Virus record (IMG/VR): IMGVR_UViG_3300020045_010636
Coordinates: 1 to 43,452 of that record
DNA length: 43,452 nucleotides
From: a virus
Taxonomy: Duplodnaviria; Caudoviricetes
Direction: 5' to 3' (one strand)
Each line of letters begins with the position of its first letter. Positions within the stretch are counted from its first letter, which is position 1. The notes under the pieces are model-generated. The model was not told where the DNA came from, ran no database searches, and saw only the letters and a program-made list of their open reading frames with translations. Position numbers and translations under genes: made by a program. Positions 37,301 to 43,452 of the stretch are shown piece after piece.

Positions 37301-38339
37301 TCGTATAGCGATTAAGCATAAAGACTTTGAATCGCTAAGAACTTTGTTGGGTGGTAAACTTGTACCGTTCATAGAAGATGCGCTAAGCGATAATCCAAGG
37401 TTTACTCTAAAGGATCTATCAAATGGCTTGAAGACGGCACTCAATTCTGCATATGGGTTGACCTCTGCGGCATTTGAGAATCCATTTAGAGACCCACGCA
37501 ATAAAGATAATATTGTAGCCAAGCGTGGCGCCTTATTTATGATAGATCTTCAGTTCGCCGCTCAGGAAAGAGGGCTACAGGTCGCTCATATTAAAACAGA
37601 CTCTATCAAAATACCAAATGCGACAGATGAGACAATTTCGTTTGTAATGGCATTTGGTAAGAAGTATGGGTATGACTTTGAGCACGAAGCAACGTATAAT
37701 AAGTTCTGCTTAGTTAATGATGCCGTTTACGTGGCAAAGACAAATGAAAATAAATGGACAGCCACTGGCGCTCAGTTTGCACAGCCATATGTGTTCAAGA
37801 CATTGTTCTCACATGATCCAATAGTCTTTGAGGATATGTCCGAGACAAAGACAGTTACCTCGGCATTATATCTTGATATGAATGAGGAGCTACCAGATGG
37901 CGAACATGACTATCATTTTATAGGTAAGGCTGGGGCATTCTGTCCAGTTCAACCTAATAGTGGTGGAGGAGTTCTTCTTCGAGAGAAAGATGAGAAGTAT
38001 TATGCAGCAACTGGAACAAAGGGATATAGATGGCTTGAAGCCGAGATGGTTAAGATCCTCAATAAAGAAGATCGCATAGATCGAGGATACTATGATAATC
38101 TCGTTAATAACGCAGTCGACGATATTTCTAAGTGGGGAGATTTTGAGTGGTTTATATCAGACTCCGTCTCAGTCGAAACTATATCCGACAGTAATCCGAT
38201 CGGTTTTGATGATTCACCACCATGGTTTTCTTCATGCGGAAATAATAATTATATCGATTGTGTAGGGTGCCCAGACTATATTCAAAAAGAAGGCGTACCA
38301 AACGAATGTAAACTAGGCTATGATTGCCTACCATTTTGA
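34395..38339 (+). CDS. SF3 helicase-primase-DNA polymerase fusion
   Basis: GEAGSGKST Walker A with a D5-like GTN motif; primase-like DFD and SKSG.G.HLHY; exonuclease YDVE, FN..YD and Y..ND; PolB-like LDIAAMHP, K.ALNSAYG and KTDS. GTG start with AAGGAGG. Confidence 0.88.
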   Translation: MDFYQIVEAEETTKKKKTLKIYPDFKACRSKDLMIRGRSFYAIWDETKQMWSTDEYDIQRLVDRELNERKQKREDDGYDGEIQVKSMLSFSSNMWRNYRAFIREMSDNSHQLDNNLIFSNTEVKKNDYVSRRLPYPLEEGSIEAYDKLVGTLYDPEERAKLEWAVGAIVAGDARNIQKFIVLYGEAGSGKSTFLNIIQKLFDGYYTMFEAKALTSNGNSFSTEVFRNNPLIAIQHDGDLSRIEDNTKLNSIISHEEMTMNEKFKPSYTSRSNAFLFMGTNKPVKITDAKSGIIRRLIDVRPSGNKVPTKQYHTLLSKTEFELGAIAWHCLQVYQEMGKNYYSSYRPLEMMFQTDVFFNFVETNYCIFKEQNGVTLAQAYDIYKLYCEEALVDFKLPRHKFREELKSYFEKFSDMTRIDGKQVRSYYSNFLVDKFTAVATSKKEEKPCSLVLDECISIIDEMLSSCPAQYATANETPEKKWSEVQTKLSDINTKNIHYLRPPVNHIVVDFDLKDSTGNKSLELNLAAASEWPTTYAEFSKSGAGIHLHYIYDGDATKLSRVYSEGIEIKVFSGQASLRRKLSKCNKSPVASISSGLPLKGEKMINFDVVKNEKGLRNLILSNLNKEIHPGTKPSIDFIFKILGDAYVSGMKYDVTDLRPRILAFANNSSHQADYCIKLVNKMQFASEEISEPSSDYKSDDLIFYDVEVFPNLFIVCWKAENRDPVKMINPSAKDIEELMSFKLVGFNCRRYDNHILYARYVGYTNEQLYQLSQKIINNSRNGLFGEAYNISYTDVYDFASAGNKKGLKKFEIELGIHHQELGLKWDEPVAENMWETVADYCCNDVVATEAVFYHLSGDWAARQILAELSGLTVNDTTNQHSIKIVFGNEKRPQSQFVYTDLSEMFPGYTFQNGISTYRGIKVGEGGYVYSEPGMYPNVALLDIAAMHPTSIEQLNMFGPYTKNYSDLKKGRIAIKHKDFESLRTLLGGKLVPFIEDALSDNPRFTLKDLSNGLKTALNSAYGLTSAAFENPFRDPRNKDNIVAKRGALFMIDLQFAAQERGLQVAHIKTDSIKIPNATDETISFVMAFGKKYGYDFEHEATYNKFCLVNDAVYVAKTNENKWTATGAQFAQPYVFKTLFSHDPIVFEDMSETKTVTSALYLDMNEELPDGEHDYHFIGKAGAFCPVQPNSGGGVLLREKDEKYYAATGTKGYRWLEAEMVKILNKEDRIDRGYYDNLVNNAVDDISKWGDFEWFISDSVSVETISDSNPIGFDDSPPWFSSCGNNNYIDCVGCPDYIQKEGVPNECKLGYDCLPF

Positions 38340-38352
38340 AAGGGGAATAACA

Positions 38353-38892
38353 ATGGTTAAGAATAATATAGTAATAGAGGGAGCACGTATAGGCTTCCGT
38401 AACTTCAGCGGTAAAGAGGGAAAATACAATCCGGAAGGACGACGTAACTTCTGTGTATTTCTAGATGAAGATCTAGGTAAGACATTGGAGGCCGATGGAT
38501 GGAACGTTAGATGGCTCCAACCTAAAGATGAGCAAGACGTACCTCAAGGATATTTACAGGTCGCCGTCAGCTTTGATAATATCCCGCCGAAGATCATCAT
38601 GATATCTAGCAAAGGAAAGACCGTGATAGATTCCGAGTCGGTATCACTTCTTGACTGGGCCGAGATCAGCGAGATAGATCTTATTATTCGTCCGTATAAT
38701 TGGGCGCTTCATGAGGGAACCAAGAACGAGAAGCGTGGCGTTAAAGCGTATATCAAATCGATGTACATCACAATTGCCGAAGACGAGTTTGAGAAGAAAT
38801 ATCTCGATGTTCCTGCAAGCGCGACAGACTCGATAGGCGGATGTGGCAATTGCGACGCTTGCGACGGTAGCTGCAAACACGATGGCGATTAA
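38353..38892 (+). CDS. Single-stranded DNA-binding protein (putative)
   Basis: FRNFSG....YN..G.RNFC and GVKAY; between polymerase and helicase; acidic, Cys-rich tail. Confidence 0.65.
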   Translation: MVKNNIVIEGARIGFRNFSGKEGKYNPEGRRNFCVFLDEDLGKTLEADGWNVRWLQPKDEQDVPQGYLQVAVSFDNIPPKIIMISSKGKTVIDSESVSLLDWAEISEIDLIIRPYNWALHEGTKNEKRGVKAYIKSMYITIAEDEFEKKYLDVPASATDSIGGCGNCDACDGSCKHDGD

Positions 38893-40105
38893 TCTATATG
38901 AACACCAAAAAGATGCTGTAGAGAAGTTAAAGACCGGCTCCATTCTTGTGGGTGGAGTCGGTTCCGGCAAATCTCGAACAGCTCTTGCATATTACTTCAC
39001 CAAAGAGTGTGATGGTAAAATAAAGACCAATGAAGTTGGCGGATATTCTCCGATGAGGAATCCAAAAGATTTATATATCATCACAACCGCACGCAAACGG
39101 GACACCCTAGAATGGGAAGGCGAATGCGCTCATTTTCTATTATCGACTAAAAAGGAACTCAGTATAGATAATGTCGGCGTGTTCGTCGATTCGTGGAACA
39201 ACATTAGCAAATATGCATCGGTTAAGAATGCATTCTTTATTCTTGATGAGCAGCGAGTAGTTGGAAATGGAACCTGGGTAAAATCATTTCTTAAGATCAC
39301 ACAAAATAACAATTGGATTTTATTGAGTGCTACACCTGGTGATTGTTGGACCGACTACATTCCAGTCTTCATAGCAAATAAGTGGTATAAGAATAGAACT
39401 GAGTTTATTCGACGCCATGTGGTCTATAATAATTTTTCGAAGTTTCCAAAAATAGATCATTACATTGAGACTGGGAGATTGATAAAACTTCGTGATGCAG
39501 TAATAGTAAACATGCACTACAAAAGACGAACCATCGCTCATGACAGAAATATATCAGTAGACTTTGATAGAGATCTTTTTAATGTTGCTCTAATTAAACG
39601 TTGGCATATTTATGAGGAGCGACCAATCAAAGATATTGGCGAGCTATGTCTAGTTATGAGAAAAATAGTTAACAGTGATCCGAGTCGACTCAAAGCGGTA
39701 ACCGATATTATGACCAAACATCCTAAGGTAATAATATTTTATAATTTTAATTATGAAAGAGAATTACTTTTAAAACTTGGCTCTGATTTAGGATTACCAA
39801 CTGCGCAGTGGAATGGCCATAAACACGAACCAATACCTAATACAGAAAAATGGATTTACATTGTTCAGTATGCAGCCGGCGCAGAGGGATGGAATTGTAT
39901 AGAGACAAATGCTATTATATTCTTCTCTCAGAACTACTCGTACAAAGCAACGATCCAAGCGGCTGGTCGCATCGATAGACTCAATACACCATTCACCGAT
40001 TTATATTATTACTATTTGCGATCGACTTCGTTCATTGATCTGGCGATACAAAAAGCGTTCAATAACAAACGCGATTTTAATGAACATCGATTTATGTCGG
40101 CCTAG
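38882..40105 (+). CDS. SF2 DNA helicase
   Basis: GGVGSGKS, LDEQR, SATPG, EGWN and QAAGRIDR. Confidence 0.88.
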   Translation: MAINLYEHQKDAVEKLKTGSILVGGVGSGKSRTALAYYFTKECDGKIKTNEVGGYSPMRNPKDLYIITTARKRDTLEWEGECAHFLLSTKKELSIDNVGVFVDSWNNISKYASVKNAFFILDEQRVVGNGTWVKSFLKITQNNNWILLSATPGDCWTDYIPVFIANKWYKNRTEFIRRHVVYNNFSKFPKIDHYIETGRLIKLRDAVIVNMHYKRRTIAHDRNISVDFDRDLFNVALIKRWHIYEERPIKDIGELCLVMRKIVNSDPSRLKAVTDIMTKHPKVIIFYNFNYERELLLKLGSDLGLPTAQWNGHKHEPIPNTEKWIYIVQYAAGAEGWNCIETNAIIFFSQNYSYKATIQAAGRIDRLNTPFTDLYYYYLRSTSFIDLAIQKAFNNKRDFNEHRFMSA

Positions 40106-40110
40106 TGCCC

Positions 40111-40135
40111 TCGCGTGAAAAACACGGCCTCTAAT
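40111..40135 (+). promoter_or_regulatory. Repeated promoter-like motif upstream of the nuclease-RNAP operon
   Basis: TCGC gtgaa AAAC acggc CTC TAAT. Confidence 0.75.
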
Positions 40136-40170
40136 AGAAGAGGAGTAGAATATCGCTCTTCTTATTTTTT
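40136..40170 (+). terminator. Hairpin plus T tract directly after the motif
   Basis: AGAAGAG-N13-CTCTTCT-TATTTTTT. Confidence 0.55.
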
Positions 40171-40187
40171 GAAAGGAGGCCGCCTAA

Positions 40188-40505
40188 ATGCGTGAAAACA
40201 AATTTCAAGCAGATCTGAAAAAAGAATTGTATGAAATATTTAATGGTTGCATCATTCTTAAAAATGACGCCAACTATATGCAAGGTATTCCAGATCTAAT
40301 AATCCTTTACAAAAACATGTGGGCGGTTTTAGAATGTAAAAAAAGTTTACATGAACCATATCAACCTAATCAAGAATACTATATTGAGATTCTTGACGAT
40401 ATGTCTTTTGCTTCTATGATCTGCCCCGAAAATAAAGAGGCGGTGTTATATGAACTTCAACTCGCATTCGCACCTAGAAGGACGACACGCTTTTCTAAGT
40501 GCTAG
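40188..40505 (+). CDS. VRR-NUC / Holliday junction resolvase-like nuclease
   Basis: E..FQ, GIPDL, LECK and PNQ.YY motifs. Confidence 0.8.
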   Translation: MRENKFQADLKKELYEIFNGCIILKNDANYMQGIPDLIILYKNMWAVLECKKSLHEPYQPNQEYYIEILDDMSFASMICPENKEAVLYELQLAFAPRRTTRFSKC

Positions 40506-41004
40506 CAAATATCATTGGATCAACTATGACGAAGAAAAGTTGATCTCTACATATTTAAAATTCCAGGCCATTCAAAAAGGAACTGATCTTCATGAGTTTG
40601 CTTCTCGATGTATACAACTTGGGGTTAAATTACCGAAGACAAATAAAACTTTAAATCTATATGTAAACGACGCAATAGGCTTCAAGATGCAAACCGAGCA
40701 GCCGCTTCATTATTCGGAAAACTGTTTTGGAACTGCCGATGCCATATCCTTTCGTAAAAATGTTTTACGTATTCATGATTTAAAGACCGGAGAAAGTACT
40801 ACTTCTGTAAAACAATTAATGGTGTACAATGCCTTATTTTGTTTAGAATATGACATAAAACCAAACGACATCGAGACCGAACTTCGTATATATCAATTAG
40901 ATGATGTGATTATGCATATTCCGGATCCCGAAAGTATCTTTAATATCATGAATAAAATAATAGCATTTGATAAGAGAATTGAAATATTAAAACTTGGAGG
41001 ATGA
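40450..41004 (+). CDS. PD-(D/E)XK exonuclease-like protein (DUF2800/Cas4-like fold)
   Basis: HA.LSAS, GT..H, EQ, FGTADAI, DLKTG and QL.VY. Confidence 0.75.
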   Translation: MNFNSHSHLEGRHAFLSASKYHWINYDEEKLISTYLKFQAIQKGTDLHEFASRCIQLGVKLPKTNKTLNLYVNDAIGFKMQTEQPLHYSENCFGTADAISFRKNVLRIHDLKTGESTTSVKQLMVYNALFCLEYDIKPNDIETELRIYQLDDVIMHIPDPESIFNIMNKIIAFDKRIEILKLGG

Positions 41005-41008
41005 CTTC

Positions 41009-43452
41009 ATGAGTGACGACTTAAAACACTATGGCATGCCTAGACGCTCAGGAAGATATCCATGGGGTTCTGGCGATGATGGTTATCAAAGAGCAATTAG
41101 TTGGCGAGCTCACATTGACGATCTAAAGAAACAAGGTCTTAGTGATGTGGAAATAGCTCGTTATGAAGGAATCAAGACTACCCAACTTCGAGCAAGGATA
41201 TCCCTTACAAAAGATGAAATTCGTTCGGCTAAAGTAACAGAAGCATTAAAGTATAAAGAGCACGGATATTCCAACATGGAAATTGGTCGAAGAATGAATC
41301 TTAGGGAATCATCTGTTAGATCATTGATTGATCCAGCTCTTGCCGAAAGATCTGCAATTACCAAGATTACCGCAAACATGCTAAAAGACAGTGTTGACAA
41401 AAAACGGTTTATTGACATTGGTGCTGGCGTTGAAAATTATGTTGGCGTAAGTCGAACTAAATTAAATAATGCTGTTGCCGAATTGAAAGAACAAGGATAT
41501 AAAGTACATCAAGTCAACGTTGAACAAATTGGCATGCCTGGTCAGTTTACGATAGTTAAGGTTCTTGGTGCGCCCGATACAATGTGGTCTGAAGTTGTTC
41601 GCGATGTCAGTAAGATACAAAGCATCGATGCATATTCTAAAGATTATGGGCGAACATATAAATCCGATTTTGGCTTAGAGCCAATCCAATATGTTGACTC
41701 TAAACGCGTTAAGGTTCGTTATGCTGAAGATGGCGGAAGTTATAAAGATGGCGTCATCGAATTAAGAAGAGGCGTTAAGGATTTAGATCTCGGTGGATCC
41801 CAATATGCTCAGGTTCGCATCGGGGTTGATGGTACGCATTTTCTGAAGGGTATGGCAATATATAATGATAATCTACCAAACGGAGTAGACATTATATTCA
41901 ACACAAACAAGCACGAGTCAGTTGGTAAAATGGGAGCAATGAAGTCGCTTAAGAAAGATAAGGATGGAAATATAGATCCCGATAATCCATTTGGCTCAAC
42001 CATTAAACCTGGCGGTCAAAGAGGCGCGCTTAATGTGGTAAATGAAGAAGGCGATTGGGAATCGTGGTCTAAAGCCATATCCTCACAGATACTGTCTAAA
42101 CAAACAGTTACATTGGCTAAATCTCAATTGGACCTAGCTCTAAAACAAAAACGAGAAGAATATGACGAAATTATGACACTGACAAATCCTGTTGTAAAGA
42201 AGCAATTACTTCTTGCTTTTGGTGATGATTGTGATTCGTCAGCCGTTCATCTTAAAGCTGCCGCATTACCAAGACAGGCATCTAAAGTAATTTTACCAAT
42301 TCCAAGTATGAAAGAAAATGAAGTATACGCGCCAACATATAATAATGGTGAAGCCGTTGTACTTATTCGACACCCACATGGTGGAACGTTTGAAATACCC
42401 CAACTTATAGTTAATAATAAATCCAAGGGCGCGCAAGCCATTATGAAAAATGCGCCAGATGCAATTGGAATACATCCAAAAGTTGCACAAAAACTTTCAG
42501 GCGCAGACTTCGATGGAGATACGGTAATTGTCATTCCAAACAATAAAGGTCTTGTTAGAACCTCTGCATCACTAAAGGGCCTTGAGAACTTTGACCCAAT
42601 CGAATCATATAAAATTCCAGCAGGATCCAGTATACCACCAATAAAACCTCAGACCAAACAGACAAAGATGGGCGAAGTCTCAAATCTAATAACCGACATG
42701 ACAATTAAAGGCGCTACGCCAGATGAAGTCGCTAGAGCAGTTAGACATTCAATGGTTGTCATAGATTCAGAGAAACATAATCTAGACTATAAAAGATCTT
42801 ATGTTGAAAATGGAATTGCCGCACTTAGCGAAAGATATCAGAACAGCAAGCGCGGTGGAGCATCGACACTCGTTTCAAAAGCCTCCTCTGAAATAAGGCC
42901 CCTTGAGCGTAAGCCAAGAAGTGCTAAAGATGGTGGGCCAATTGATCTATTAACTGGCGAAAAAGTATACACGGAAACTGGCGTGTCATATGTTAATAAG
43001 ATGGGTAAGACGATAGAGAAGCGAACAACATCTACAAAGATGGCCGAGACAAAGGATGCATATACCCTATCTTCTGGTAGACCAATAGAAGAAGTGTATG
43101 CAGCATACGCTAATAATCTAAAGACCCTAGGTAACGCATCAAGAAAGAACGCCCTATCGACAATGCCAACCCCTTACAATCCGTCAGCTAAAGCGGCGTA
43201 TAGTAAGGAAGTTGATTCGCTTAACCACCAATTATCAGTGGCCATCATGAACAAACCAATAGAGAGACAGGCCCAGATTCTAGCTAACTCCATAGTAAAT
43301 CGTCGAAAACAAGACAACCCAGACATGGACCATGACGATCTTAAAAAGATAAGAAACCAAGCTTTAGCTGAAGCCCGTACTAGAACCGGTGCCAAGAAGA
43401 CACAGGTTGACATCACAGATCGTGAATGGGAAGCAATTCAGGCTGGTGCCAT
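41009..43452 (+). CDS. Putative single-chain two-barrel RNA polymerase, 3'-truncated (not in ORF track)
   Basis: GGAGG RBS; open to the window end (>810 aa). MSDDLKHYGMPRRSGRYPWGSG, then HTH-like repeats, LIRHPHGG (~42362) and KLSGADFDGDTV (DFDGD at 42506-42520). Confidence 0.75.
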   Translation, partial: MSDDLKHYGMPRRSGRYPWGSGDDGYQRAISWRAHIDDLKKQGLSDVEIARYEGIKTTQLRARISLTKDEIRSAKVTEALKYKEHGYSNMEIGRRMNLRESSVRSLIDPALAERSAITKITANMLKDSVDKKRFIDIGAGVENYVGVSRTKLNNAVAELKEQGYKVHQVNVEQIGMPGQFTIVKVLGAPDTMWSEVVRDVSKIQSIDAYSKDYGRTYKSDFGLEPIQYVDSKRVKVRYAEDGGSYKDGVIELRRGVKDLDLGGSQYAQVRIGVDGTHFLKGMAIYNDNLPNGVDIIFNTNKHESVGKMGAMKSLKKDKDGNIDPDNPFGSTIKPGGQRGALNVVNEEGDWESWSKAISSQILSKQTVTLAKSQLDLALKQKREEYDEIMTLTNPVVKKQLLLAFGDDCDSSAVHLKAAALPRQASKVILPIPSMKENEVYAPTYNNGEAVVLIRHPHGGTFEIPQLIVNNKSKGAQAIMKNAPDAIGIHPKVAQKLSGADFDGDTVIVIPNNKGLVRTSASLKGLENFDPIESYKIPAGSSIPPIKPQTKQTKMGEVSNLITDMTIKGATPDEVARAVRHSMVVIDSEKHNLDYKRSYVENGIAALSERYQNSKRGGASTLVSKASSEIRPLERKPRSAKDGGPIDLLTGEKVYTETGVSYVNKMGKTIEKRTTSTKMAETKDAYTLSSGRPIEEVYAAYANNLKTLGNASRKNALSTMPTPYNPSAKAAYSKEVDSLNHQLSVAIMNKPIERQAQILANSIVNRRKQDNPDMDHDDLKKIRNQALAEARTRTGAKKTQVDITDREWEAIQAGA

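Noticed and set aside
1-43452. Genome-wide TAG recoding
   Set aside because: Many genes end in TAG directly before the next RBS or gene (e.g. 1460, 14310, 40105), and the long genes have no internal TAG. Only one interrupted gene was found.
1-43452. Prophage boundaries, integrase or IS elements
   Set aside because: No integrase, repressor, transposase, att-like site or host gene was recognised in the window.

Overview
About 43.5 kb of a tailed dsDNA phage (siphovirus-like), with almost every gene on the + strand. The strong AAAGGAG ribosome-binding sites and a CHAP/SLH-type endolysin suggest a Firmicute host. Gene order: tail and lysis module (1-16.5 kb); an accessory region (16.5-34 kb) with an NAD-dependent ligase, thyX and many small ORFs; a candidate origin built from GTAACA repeats; a helicase-primase-polymerase fusion, SSB, SF2 helicase and two nucleases; and a 3'-truncated >810 aa ORF missing from the ORF track (41009 to the end) carrying the RxP and DFDGD motifs of two-barrel RNA polymerases. 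The main finding is a 25-nt motif, TCGC-N5-WWAC-N5-YTH-TAAT, found 19 times on the + strand. It heads self-contained cassettes, each holding either a micro-ORF closed by a hairpin (often GGAGC-TTAG-GCTCC) or a small structured RNA, three of which carry tRNA-like TTCGA loops. Together these suggest a phage-RNAP promoter/cassette/ncRNA system. Also noted: an inverted portal-gene fragment fused to the major tail gene at the window start, a possible plug-and-socket fibre architecture, and a gene interrupted by an in-frame TAG. All assignments come from reading motifs by eye; no searches were run.
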